Shown in pieces: positions 1 through 8,712 of a DNA stretch of 64,000 nt. Under the pieces are notes generated by a model. It saw only the letters and a program-made list of their open reading frames with translations. It ran no database searches and was not told the DNA's origin. The DNA is from Vicinamibacteria bacterium (GTDB lineage: Bacteria > Acidobacteriota > Vicinamibacteria > Fen-336 > JAGNNV01), in contig JANODX010000286.1 in NCBI GenBank assembly GCA_031412915.1, forward strand, positions 3,063-67,062. Reading direction: 5' to 3'. How positions within the stretch are numbered: the stretch's first letter is position 1; every line of letters starts with the position of its first letter. Made by a program: the position numbers and the translations under genes.

Positions 1-120
1 TATCGCGTCAGGCCCCACTCGTCCCGTTTTCTCCCCGGCGTTGATGCTGGGAAATTGAACCAGTTGGCGGATGAACTTGAAGTTGGCGAATTCCAGGTGC
101 GCCACCCTGCAACGCGATGA
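1..120 (+). CDS. 3' end of a VapB-type antitoxin (partial, runs off the window edge)
   Basis: Frame +1 reads YRVRPHSSRFLPGVDAGKLNQLADELE... to TGA at 118-120, overlapping the vapC ATG (ATGA). This is a typical antitoxin C-terminus and position. Confidence 0.7.
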   Translation, partial: YRVRPHSSRFLPGVDAGKLNQLADELEVGEFQVRHPATR

Positions 121-548
121 TCGTCCCTGACGTCAACTTGCTGATCTACGCCCACAATGACCAGGCCCCGGAGCATGAAAGGGCCAGAGCCTGGTGGGAA
201 GCCGCGCTGAATGGCAGGGTTGCCGTGGGCCTGCCGTGGATCAGCATCAGCGGATTCATCCGTTTGATGACACATCCGCGGGTACTTGCCCAACCGCTCG
301 ACGTTCATCAGGCAATCTTCCATGTGCGGTCATGGCTTGCCCAACCGCCCGTGCGCATCCTCCATCCGGGCTCCAAGTTTGAGGGCCTGTTTCTCGACTA
401 TCTTGCCCACCTCGGATCGGGTGGCAACCTGACCACGGACGCCCAACTGGCCGCCCTTGCCGTCGAACATCAGGCTGAACTCCAGAGTTGTGATTTCGAT
501 TTCTCCCGCTTCCCCGGCCTCCGCTGGATCAATCCGCTCACCACCTGA
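117..548 (+). CDS. vapC: VapC-family PIN-domain ribonuclease toxin
   Basis: N-terminal PDVNLLIYA, then LMTHPRV and GNLTTDAQLAALAVEH...CDFDFSRFPGLRWINP, matching the PIN toxin pattern. Confidence 0.92.
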   Translation: MIVPDVNLLIYAHNDQAPEHERARAWWEAALNGRVAVGLPWISISGFIRLMTHPRVLAQPLDVHQAIFHVRSWLAQPPVRILHPGSKFEGLFLDYLAHLGSGGNLTTDAQLAALAVEHQAELQSCDFDFSRFPGLRWINPLTT

Positions 549-596
549 CCTTCGTCGACTCCACCCCGACTCCGCTGCCCAATGGGGCGGCGAATA

Positions 597-625
597 GAAG
601 GCTCCCTCGGGAGTCTTCGTATTTT
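597..625 (+). terminator. Possible intrinsic terminator after vapBC
   Basis: GAAGGCTCCC...GGGAGTCTTC stem followed by GTATTTT. Confidence 0.45.
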
Positions 626-698
626 CGCTGACTGAATTGTGGATGGCTCCTGGGCTCCCGTCGTCCTTCCGCGGGCGGTTCGTCGTAGCATTGTGTCG

Positions 699-1019
699 AT
701 GAGCGCTATCTCTCCGAGCCCGGTTTCCCGGCCCCTGGCCCGTGCTCTCGAACTCCACGAAGATGCTATCAAGCAGATCGCGACCCGCAACGGCGCGACG
801 AATCTTCGCCTCGTGGGCTCAGTGGCGCGAGGCGAGGAAAACGAAGGGTCCGACATTGATCTGCTGGTGGACTTCGACCCAGGCCGCTCTCTCTTCGATC
901 ATGCCCATCTCGTCGAGGAACTCAAGGCCCTGCTGGGGGTTTCAGTCGACGTCGTCTCGTCTCGAGGCCTCAGGCCCAAGGTCAGACACCGACTCCTTGT
1001 CGAGGCGAGGCCGCTCTGA
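699..1019 (+). CDS. Minimal nucleotidyltransferase (MNT/MntA-type antitoxin)
   Basis: GSVARGEENEGSDIDLLVD (GSx10DxD) motif and LLGVSVDVV. Start placed at ATG 699, just after a TAGCAT -10-like hexamer. Confidence 0.88.
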   Translation: MSAISPSPVSRPLARALELHEDAIKQIATRNGATNLRLVGSVARGEENEGSDIDLLVDFDPGRSLFDHAHLVEELKALLGVSVDVVSSRGLRPKVRHRLLVEARPL

Positions 1020-1186
1020 GGAGAGAGCGCGATCGGTTGGAGGATGCGGTCGAAGCCATCGAGCGCATCGAGAAATACGTGGCGCGGGGTCGAGCGGCGT
1101 TTGATGCGGACGAGTTGATTCAGGCATGGATCGTCCACCATCTCGAGATCCTTGGCGAGGCCTGCCTAGTCGTCGAGGGACGGTGA
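1016..1186 (+). pseudogene. Truncated HepT/DUF86 HEPN ribonuclease toxin
   Basis: Reads (L)RRERDRLEDAVEAIERIEKYVARGRAAFDADELIQAWIVHHLEILGEAC, then LVVEGR-stop. It overlaps the MNT stop; at 56 aa it lacks the C-terminal half with the RxxxxH motif. Confidence 0.75.
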
Positions 1187-1377
1187 TGAACTTCCGAATC
1201 GCCGGCACCTTCACCGACAGCCTTGCGCGGCTGACCGGCGACGAGCAGAAGGCCGTGAAGACGACGGCGTTCGATTTGCAGATGAATCCGGCGAGTCCGG
1301 GGCTGAGCTTTCACACGCTCGACCGAGGAGCGCGGCCGGGCTCTCTCACCGGACGATGTGACGTTGTGACGCTATGA
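1186..1377 (+). pseudogene. N-terminal relic of a UvrD-like helicase with a RelE-like N-terminal domain
   Basis: MNFRIAGTFTDSLARLTGDEQKAVKTTAFDLQMNPASPGLSFH resembles the N-terminus of large defence-island helicases (from recall). Similarity breaks after about 48 aa. Confidence 0.6.
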
Positions 1378-1378
1378 T
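1352..1378 (+). promoter_or_regulatory. Putative TA operator/promoter: 8-bp periodic repeats overlapping a -10 TATGAT
   Basis: GACGATGT-GACGTTGT-GACGCTAT overlaps TATGAT (1373-1378), 9 nt upstream of the antitoxin ATG. Confidence 0.5.
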
Positions 1379-1387
1379 GCTTCCGCC

Positions 1388-1615
1388 ATGGAAACCACCC
1401 GCACCACCGTCTACCTTGAACGCGACCTTCACCGTGCCCTGCGCCTTCGTTCCGCCTCGTCGGAACACAGCCTATCCCGCATTGTGAATGAGGCGGTGCG
1501 TCGGGCATTGGCCGAGGATGCCGTCGATCTTGATGCCCTGGGCAAGAGGCGAAACGAGAGGAGCCTCGACTTCGGGACCTTCGTGCAGGGACTGAAGCGC
1601 GTTGGCCGCCTATAG
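1388..1615 (+). CDS. CopG/ribbon-helix-helix antitoxin
   Basis: RTTVYLERDLHRALR...SLSRIVNEAVRRALAEDA RHH pattern; overlaps the downstream RelE gene. Confidence 0.85.
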   Translation: METTRTTVYLERDLHRALRLRSASSEHSLSRIVNEAVRRALAEDAVDLDALGKRRNERSLDFGTFVQGLKRVGRL

Positions 1616-1865
1616 CCTTCGCATCAAGACCTCTGCAGGGCGAGAACTGGAGGCCGTCGGGTCGAGACGCGACCAGCGTCGCATCGTGAGCCGCATCAGC
1701 GCGCTCGCGATCGAGCCCCGCCCCCCCGGCAGCGAAAAACTCGCAGGGGCGGCGAATGCGTGGCGGGTGCGGCAGGGCGACTACCGGATCCTGTTCACGG
1801 TCGATGACGAGGCGCGCCTGGTCGACGTCTTCAAGATCGGCCATCGCCGAGAGGTCTATAGATAG
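1602..1865 (+). CDS. relE: RelE/ParE-family toxin
   Basis: PRPPGSEKLAG...WRVRQGDYRILFTVDD...IGHRREVYR. Confidence 0.9.
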   Translation: MAAYSLRIKTSAGRELEAVGSRRDQRRIVSRISALAIEPRPPGSEKLAGAANAWRVRQGDYRILFTVDDEARLVDVFKIGHRREVYR

Positions 1866-1869
1866 GGCG

Positions 1870-2517
1870 TCAGCGCTGTTCCGCCACGATCTGAAACTCG
1901 ATCTGGATCTCGTTCGCGACCTTGACCAGGCCTCCGCCCACGCTGACCGGCTTCATTCCGAACTGGTCGTGGCGCAACTTCGTTCGAGCAGTGGCGGTGA
2001 GCGAGCGGCCATTGAGCGTGACCTGGACGGGAAGGGTGATTTCCCTGGTCACCCCGTGCAGGCTCAACTCTCCCACGAGAACCAGGTCGTAACCGCCACT
2101 CGCGAGGGCTCGGCCGGTGACCTTCGTGGAGCGGAAGCGGATCTCGGGGAAGCGGACCACGTCGAGCACTCCCGGCCCGCGCATCACCTCTTCCACCTTG
2201 GGCGCGTCACCCGTGGGTTCTCCCTCAGGCATCACATGCAGCCGGGCGCTCGCGAACGTAAGGTCGACGCTCGACCCCGACAGGTTCTCAGGGTCGGCGG
2301 TTACGGTCCCCGAAACGGGAGCCTGCACCTTGTGCCTATGCCCCGCGAAAGAGAAGGCTCCGGTTTTCCCCACGTGGATCCGCACCAGACTCTTCGATTC
2401 GGCCACGTCATATGTTGCCTCCGCGGCGTGGACGAGGGCGGCGGACCAGAGCGTGAGAAGGACGCTGGTTGCGGTCAGGGGGGTTCGCATCAGCAATCCC
2501 CTCGGCAGTCTCTTCAT
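1870..2517 (-). CDS. YceI-family lipid/polyisoprenoid-binding protein
   Basis: Signal peptide; LDVVRFPEIRFRST, GELSLHGVTREITLPV and FGMKP motifs. Confidence 0.85.
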   Translation of the reverse strand: MKRLPRGLLMRTPLTATSVLLTLWSAALVHAAEATYDVAESKSLVRIHVGKTGAFSFAGHRHKVQAPVSGTVTADPENLSGSSVDLTFASARLHVMPEGEPTGDAPKVEEVMRGPGVLDVVRFPEIRFRSTKVTGRALASGGYDLVLVGELSLHGVTREITLPVQVTLNGRSLTATARTKLRHDQFGMKPVSVGGGLVKVANEIQIEFQIVAEQR

Positions 2518-2562
2518 GATCGCCTCCCTTCAGAAGGCCCGGCGCCACCGGCCGTGGCGGCC

Positions 2563-4740
2563 CTATTTACCGGGGATCGAAACTCGCGCGAGGGCCACGT
2601 TGCCGAACGCGTCGGTGGCCCTGACGACAATCGCGGCGGGCAAGGGGGCGTCGAGTCGGAATTCGAAGCTCTCCTCCCGCGAATCGGCCAACCCGTCGGC
2701 CGGCGTCATATCCGCCCACGTTCCCGCTTCCCTGGCCCACTCCGCTTTGCGAATCGCGTTCACCGTGTCGGTCACCACCACCTTCACGAGGCCGGCGTTC
2801 ATGGTGGCGTTGATGACGGGTGGTTCGTTGTCGACCTCGAAGGCCTCGGTGTCCTTCTCGTACGCCAGGCCGCGGCCCTCGGGGTTCGAGGTCTGATCCC
2901 TGGCCACCACTCTGAGCACATAGCGCCCCGACGGCACGGTCGCGGTGTCCCAGGTGAAGACGGGGTCTTCAAGACCTTCGCGGAGTCTCGTGAACGACGT
3001 CGCGGCCTCCGGGCGGTAGAGCACGTCGTACTTCAGGGCGTCCCCGTTCGCGTCCTCGGCTCTCCAGGTCAGGGTTCGCAGGGATTTGAAGAAGACCTTG
3101 CGTCCGAGATTTGGCGCGTCGGTGGAGCGGCCGCCTGGAGCCGAAGGCGGTTTGATCTCCGGCGCGCCGGTATCGAGGCCGGCGATGTCGGCCTCGGTCG
3201 AGCCGCCGCTGGAGGCACTGCGCTGAAACGCTTCGCCGGCCGGATACAGCGTCATTTCGCGAACCATTGGGCGCAGGTTGCGCTGAACGTAGGCGAGCTG
3301 CAGCCACGAGAGAGAGGGGCTCTCGCTCGCGCCGGTCAGGGTGGCGCGAATCTGCGCGAAGCGAGCCTGGGGAGATTTCGCGGGAGGCTTGCCCGGCACA
3401 ACCTGTTCCCATCCGCTCCACGTGGTGTCGGGCATCGAGGCATTGCCGGTGCGGATCTCATAGGCGACGGCGGAGGAGGGCGTGCTCACCTCGAGAGCGC
3501 CCACCTGGGCCACGCTGTCGAAGTCTTTGGCCGCGGAGGTGAAGACACCCTTCATTTCGCGCCTGGTCGAGAGGTACTGGAGTTTTCCGGGATTGGAGGA
3601 CGCGATGGCCATGTCCCCGGAGGGCATGGGTGCGGCGGCCGTGAGCTGTTCCTGCGCCATGGTCCTCACCAGGGTGTACGTCCGATCGTCGCGGACTTCG
3701 TAGATCCGGCCCTTCGATCCCGTACCGAAGAGAACCGCGTCCTGACGCTTGAAGAGGAAGAATGGCGATTCGTCGCCACTCCAGAGTTGATCCGCATCCC
3801 CAAGTGCCGTGACCAGGAAAACGGCGCCCCGTGGCGTTCCCGAACCTCCCCGCGGCGCATCCGGCGCGCGCGGGGGCCCGGCCGGAAAGGCGAAGACTTC
3901 GACGGTGGCGGCCGAGGCCGCGCCTTCGGGGGCGGGGCTGGCTCCGGGAGAGGGGGACGGCGAGGGCCGCGGAAGGGCGACCTCCGACCGGCCATCGACG
4001 AGGGCCACGTAAACCGATCCGTTCGGCAGGGGAAGAAGCGCCTTCACTTCGCGGTAGCTGGAGTCATACAGAACGCGCACGTTGTCTTTCGCGTCGATCG
4101 CGTAGACGAGGCCGGATGGAGAGCTTCCCGCGAACACCCCGCCCGTTGGGGCAATGGCGAGAGACGTCACATGCGCGTCCTGGCTGGACAGGATCGAGGT
4201 GCCCTGGCCCTTGGAATCGACCCGGTAGACCTTGCCCTCGCCACCCGTCGCCACATGGAGCCGGCCCTGAGAGTCGAAAGCGAGGGCCCAGATGTACCGC
4301 TCTGCGGGATCGAAGAACACCGTGCTCTTGCCTGCTTTGTCGATGGCGTAGACCTTGCCCTCGGGGTTGGTGGCCGCGAAGAGCCGGCCATCCGGGCTCA
4401 TGAGCAGGGCCTGAACCTCGGGTTCGAGCGCGTCGTAGAAGGTCTGGGTCGTTCGGTTTTCGATCTTCAGGATCTTGCCGTCGTTTCCGGTCCCCGCATA
4501 CAGCACGCCCTGGGCGTCGACGGTGACCGCCCAGACTGCCGGCGCGCTCAGGTCGGGCCCCGTGGTCGCGGCGGGTGCCAGCGACAGCCGGCCCGAGGAA
4601 TCGACGGACAGGCCTTCGATCTCGCCTTCCAGAAACTCCCGCATGGCGGAGATTCGGAGGAACTGGGGCTGGACGGCGAAGCCCGAGGCCGCGAGCAGGG
4701 CGATAAGGGGAAACAGAGAAGCACGAAATCTGGAGAGCAT
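2563..4740 (-). CDS. Secreted beta-propeller plus C-terminal FN3/Ig-like domain protein
   Basis: Signal peptide from ATG 4740; repeated 'YIWALAFDSQGRLHVATGGEGKVYRV'-type blades; C-terminal W-A-D-NGD...VDNEPP. Confidence 0.7.
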   Translation of the reverse strand: MLSRFRASLFPLIALLAASGFAVQPQFLRISAMREFLEGEIEGLSVDSSGRLSLAPAATTGPDLSAPAVWAVTVDAQGVLYAGTGNDGKILKIENRTTQTFYDALEPEVQALLMSPDGRLFAATNPEGKVYAIDKAGKSTVFFDPAERYIWALAFDSQGRLHVATGGEGKVYRVDSKGQGTSILSSQDAHVTSLAIAPTGGVFAGSSPSGLVYAIDAKDNVRVLYDSSYREVKALLPLPNGSVYVALVDGRSEVALPRPSPSPSPGASPAPEGAASAATVEVFAFPAGPPRAPDAPRGGSGTPRGAVFLVTALGDADQLWSGDESPFFLFKRQDAVLFGTGSKGRIYEVRDDRTYTLVRTMAQEQLTAAAPMPSGDMAIASSNPGKLQYLSTRREMKGVFTSAAKDFDSVAQVGALEVSTPSSAVAYEIRTGNASMPDTTWSGWEQVVPGKPPAKSPQARFAQIRATLTGASESPSLSWLQLAYVQRNLRPMVREMTLYPAGEAFQRSASSGGSTEADIAGLDTGAPEIKPPSAPGGRSTDAPNLGRKVFFKSLRTLTWRAEDANGDALKYDVLYRPEAATSFTRLREGLEDPVFTWDTATVPSGRYVLRVVARDQTSNPEGRGLAYEKDTEAFEVDNEPPVINATMNAGLVKVVVTDTVNAIRKAEWAREAGTWADMTPADGLADSREESFEFRLDAPLPAAIVVRATDAFGNVALARVSIPGK

Positions 4741-4763
4741 GAAATCCTTGTCTGCCGCGCTTT

Positions 4764-6635
4764 CTAGCGCTCGATCTGGAGGGCCAGAACACGCGCGCCT
4801 CTCACGGAGTAGTCGACCGGCTGCTCGCCGTCCCACACCACGGTGGTGGCGGTGCGAACCACCGGCTCGCCGCCTTCGCTTCCGCCCAGAACCTGGATCA
4901 TGGAAGGAGGAAGGCCGGGGAGGAGGGTTCCGGAAACCGCGGCGCCTTCTTCGAAGCGTTGAAGCCGCACGTAGATCTGCGTGCTCTTTCGAATCGAGTT
5001 GACCGCGCGCACGATCTGGTCGAGATTCTTGGGGATGAAGGCTTGACGCATCTCTCGTTGTTCGGCCTGGGACAGCCCCGCTCCGTCGGAAACCAGAACG
5101 GCGTAGCGCCCGGGCGGCACTCCGGCCGGCACCTCCACGGGAATCGACACCACGACTTCCTCGCCCCGGAACGTGCGCAGCGCAACCTTCATGGGGACGC
5201 TCGCGCCCGCGCGCACCACCCCATCGCGCTCGAGCCACGCCCGGTCGATGGTTGCGGTTTCCTGCGCTTCCTTCGCGATCAGGTTCACGGTCACCGACTC
5301 CAGGCTGACCCGTCGGAACTCGTTGTTCATCACGAAGGAAATGGCGGCGCCCACGAGGCCCGCGGCCATGGCTCCGGGCTGTCCCTCCGCGAACTGGTCC
5401 TGGAGGCGCATGGCGGGAATGCTGGTGAAATTCACGGTGGCATCGAGGGTCACGGTGGAGGGACCGGCCGCTCGTTCCTGTCCCTGCAGCACGGAAAGGA
5501 CGCTCGCGTATACGGTGAGGGGGGTGAAGAGGTCGTCCTGAACCACCGTGAACGAGTAGTCCTGCCTCATTCCCGGGCGATTCTGAAGGGAAACCTTGAC
5601 CGGAATCATCCGCGGCCCCGGGCCGAGTTTGCCGGAGATGCCGGTGGCGCGGTCCTGCTGGAAGCGGCCGATGGTTTCGTGGGGGCTTGCGATCTTGAAC
5701 GACTGCTGGAGGCTCGGGAACACGTCGTACACCCAGGCCTGGCGCATGGGAAAGTCGATGGGGCCGATGCCGAAAAAGGGGTGCCCGAAGGCGTAGACCA
5801 CATCCTTGTCTATGTGGGTCACGGTGCCGGTCGCCGAGAAATCGAAGTCGCCTTGAATCAGGGACACCGCCACGGGCCCTCCGGGTTCGAGAGGAGGCAG
5901 GGGGCCGGGGGCCTTCCCGTTCGCGGGCGCCTGAAGCGGCGTGAAACCCATCGTCGAGAAAAGACCCTTCGCCGCCTCGAAGGCCCGCCCTGACAAGCCC
6001 GAGACGGAGAGCGGAATGGGCAATGCGGTCATTCCTCCGAGCCCCGCCGCTCCCCCCGTCCCCTTCGTTCCCGCGGCATTGAGCGCGTCCAGGAACTTCG
6101 CGACCAGGGACGCTTGATCGATGGGCCAGGGGAGGCCCGACATGCGCAGGGGTATCGGCCGGACGACCGAGTCCGCCGGGTTCTTGGAGGCGCGAAGGAG
6201 GACATCACCGAGCCGGGAGAGTCCCTTCATTTCACTGTAGGGGGTGATTCCCGCGATCGCCTCTTTCGAAAAACCGAAACCGAAGGCGACCGCCCCCAAA
6301 AGCTTGCCGTCGATGTAGACCGGTGACCCGCTCATGCCCGCGATCACGCCGGTGTTGGCCAGAGGCCCCCCGGACAGGCGGGCCATCACCATGGTCTGCT
6401 TGGGCGCCGAGTTTTCCAGAGCGCCGATGATCTCCACGTCGAAGGTCTCGAGCTTCTGGCTGGCGAAGACGGTGCGGCCGACCCCCTTCATCCCCGGCCT
6501 CACCTCGTCGATCGGGAAGATGGCGACCTCGGAGGGGACCTTGGCGAGGGGAACGCTTCCGGTCTGGGCCGGTGCTGCCCCCGAACCGTTCGCGGTGAGG
6601 GCGAGGGCGGCGAGCCCGAAGGCCAGTCTCAACAT
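4764..6635 (-). CDS. SpoIVB peptidase S55 domain protein
   Basis: GVIAGMSGSPVYIDGKLLGAVA catalytic-Ser motif, AFGHPF, and a signal peptide. Confidence 0.88.
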   Translation of the reverse strand: MLRLAFGLAALALTANGSGAAPAQTGSVPLAKVPSEVAIFPIDEVRPGMKGVGRTVFASQKLETFDVEIIGALENSAPKQTMVMARLSGGPLANTGVIAGMSGSPVYIDGKLLGAVAFGFGFSKEAIAGITPYSEMKGLSRLGDVLLRASKNPADSVVRPIPLRMSGLPWPIDQASLVAKFLDALNAAGTKGTGGAAGLGGMTALPIPLSVSGLSGRAFEAAKGLFSTMGFTPLQAPANGKAPGPLPPLEPGGPVAVSLIQGDFDFSATGTVTHIDKDVVYAFGHPFFGIGPIDFPMRQAWVYDVFPSLQQSFKIASPHETIGRFQQDRATGISGKLGPGPRMIPVKVSLQNRPGMRQDYSFTVVQDDLFTPLTVYASVLSVLQGQERAAGPSTVTLDATVNFTSIPAMRLQDQFAEGQPGAMAAGLVGAAISFVMNNEFRRVSLESVTVNLIAKEAQETATIDRAWLERDGVVRAGASVPMKVALRTFRGEEVVVSIPVEVPAGVPPGRYAVLVSDGAGLSQAEQREMRQAFIPKNLDQIVRAVNSIRKSTQIYVRLQRFEEGAAVSGTLLPGLPPSMIQVLGGSEGGEPVVRTATTVVWDGEQPVDYSVRGARVLALQIER

Positions 6636-6738
6636 CCTCTCATTCTCCTATACGTTCATTGTTCCTGATGATGACCAGGCCCCACGACCAGCGATATCCT
6701 GCGGTCCTCGGATGAGTCGGGTGAGGAGGAGGGATCAC

Positions 6739-8061
6739 ATGGATAAGGTACCGCGGAACGGGCCGTCACTCGGGCCGTGGGTTCTGAGCGCCTCGGTTCT
6801 CGTCCTGATTCTGTCGGCTTCAGACGCCCGCGCCACCCTCTCCGTTCAAGCGTCGCAGGAGAGGCCGGCGGACGGCCTGCGCAGCCCCCTGGCCAGCGTT
6901 CGCCGGAAGGCCGCGTCCGATCTCGGCAAATCGAAAAGGCCCGAAGCCCTTCCGCAGCTGGCGGAGCTCGTCCGCGACCCGGACATCGAAGTACGTCTCA
7001 CCGCCCTGCGGGCCATCGCCTCTCTGCGCGAACTTGCCGGTGTCCCGTCGATGATCGTCTTCCTGGCCGACTCGCAATCGCGGGTCCGATCGGAGGCGAT
7101 CGACGGCCTGGTGGAGATCTACACCCATCGGGATCACCCGGGATCGTCGAAGTTCCTGTCGATCTTCTCGGATAGCCGGGACAAGCGAGAGCCGCTGGTC
7201 GTGGCCGCGGTGGACTTCGAGGTCTATCGGTCGCTGGCCGCGCGACTCAAGGATTCGGACCTGACCATCCGGGAGTCCGCGGCGGAAGCGATCGGGATCC
7301 TCGGAGGTACCGAAGTCGCCGTTGATCTGGTCGCCGCTCTTTCGGACGCGGTGCCCGATGTGAGGGCCGCCGCGGCGACCGCCATCGTGAAGGTGGGAAC
7401 TTCCGCCGACGGGGAGGCGCTCATACCGCTCATGAAGGATCCATCGGCCTCGGTCAGGCGCCGGGCGATTGCTGGTCTTGGCCGGCTCAAGGTGGGGGAC
7501 GCCGCGGCGGCCCTGCGATCCGCCTACCAAAAAGGCCCCGACTCCGAGGATGGACTGCTCGCTCTCACCGCGCTCTCGCAGATTGCACTTCCCCAGGACG
7601 TTCCCCTCTTCCAGCGCCTGGCCCTTCAGTTCGACTCGCGCCGACGCCGCCCCGCAATCGAGGCTTTGGCCCGGCTCTCCGATGTGGGGAACCAGGGCCG
7701 TTTCAAACGAGAGTTCCAGCGCGAGAAGACCGACGAGCTGCGCTCCGCCTATGCGTTCGCCATCTTTCTGTTCGGCGACCGCCCTTTCCTCGACACCGTT
7801 ATCCTGGGTCTTTCGGGGCCGAAGGACCGCGCCCGCCAGGCCCGCGGCTATCTCGAAGAGCTTGGGGCCCGCTCGCTTCCCGAGGCCCTCGACTATCTTG
7901 GGGAGCCGGATCCGAAAATCCGATCCGGATTGTGCGACGCTCTGGCCGACGCGGGCGTGTCGAACGCGCTCTCCGCAATCGAACCGTTGACCAGGGACAA
8001 GGATGGGCAGGTGGCGAGAAGCGCCGAGCGCGCGGTGGCGATTCTGAAGCGACCGAAGTAG
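6739..8061 (+). CDS. HEAT-repeat protein with N-terminal signal/TM segment
   Basis: Repeated L.D.d..VR..AA.ALG units; GAGGAGG RBS before ATG 6739. Confidence 0.8.
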   Translation: MDKVPRNGPSLGPWVLSASVLVLILSASDARATLSVQASQERPADGLRSPLASVRRKAASDLGKSKRPEALPQLAELVRDPDIEVRLTALRAIASLRELAGVPSMIVFLADSQSRVRSEAIDGLVEIYTHRDHPGSSKFLSIFSDSRDKREPLVVAAVDFEVYRSLAARLKDSDLTIRESAAEAIGILGGTEVAVDLVAALSDAVPDVRAAAATAIVKVGTSADGEALIPLMKDPSASVRRRAIAGLGRLKVGDAAAALRSAYQKGPDSEDGLLALTALSQIALPQDVPLFQRLALQFDSRRRRPAIEALARLSDVGNQGRFKREFQREKTDELRSAYAFAIFLFGDRPFLDTVILGLSGPKDRARQARGYLEELGARSLPEALDYLGEPDPKIRSGLCDALADAGVSNALSAIEPLTRDKDGQVARSAERAVAILKRPK

Positions 8062-8088
8062 GCGCAAGGCCGGCCGCGCCGACCGCTT

Positions 8089-8562
8089 CTATTGGGGCGT
8101 CCGGCCCCTTCCGTTGGCGTCGATGAAGATCAGCCCTTGCTCCCGCGAGCCTCCGGGGTTCTCAAACTTCACGATCCGTTCTCCGCCGACGGTCAGGCGA
8201 TCGGCGGAGACGCCCGCGGTTAAAGTGTTCGCCAGAAAGGGATCCACCGCATAGACCCGGTGGGGATCCACGCCCGGGTAGTTGATGGGCACGTCGGGAA
8301 TGGTCGCCACCCAGGTATGGGCGGTGGACGGCAGGAGGTTGACGTAGGTGCCCAAGGGCATCCAACTCGCCTGAAACGTGACCGGTCCGCTGCACTGCGT
8401 TCCCGCGTTCACGCACTGCGACGGCCTCAGGTAGGTGACGGTCACCGACACCGTGGCCGGCGATTTCAGGGGCGGCGGGTCTTCCGGCCCGACGATATGG
8501 AAGTCGTAGCAGGAAGGGAGGGCCAGGACCAGCGCCCAGGTCCCAAGGTAAGAGAGCTTCAT
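8089..8562 (-). CDS. Hypothetical lipoprotein
   Basis: MKLSYLGTWALVLALPSC signal with lipobox-like Cys; 157 aa. Confidence 0.6.
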   Translation of the reverse strand: MKLSYLGTWALVLALPSCYDFHIVGPEDPPPLKSPATVSVTVTYLRPSQCVNAGTQCSGPVTFQASWMPLGTYVNLLPSTAHTWVATIPDVPINYPGVDPHRVYAVDPFLANTLTAGVSADRLTVGGERIVKFENPGGSREQGLIFIDANGRGRTPQ

Positions 8563-8712
8563 CTCGTGCGGAATCGTAACAGGAATTGCACGTCCACAAC
8601 TAGACTCTTCGCTTCTGGCTCCATCGCATTGACCAAAGTCCTCCCCCGAGCATCCTTGGACGAGTCGCCTGGCCGGGCGCCCTCCGCAGGCGGAGCCGCC
8701 GTCGAAGGCGGC

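Noticed and set aside
549-1870. Integron cassette array carrying the TA genes
   Set aside because: No RYYYAAC...GTTRRRY attC structures and no integrase were seen between the modules.
1756-4767. Long antisense or overlapping ORFs (also 15048-17579, 19887-22232, 36579-38996, 60368-63235)
   Set aside because: Shadow ORFs of high-GC genes on the opposite strand; no recognisable motifs.
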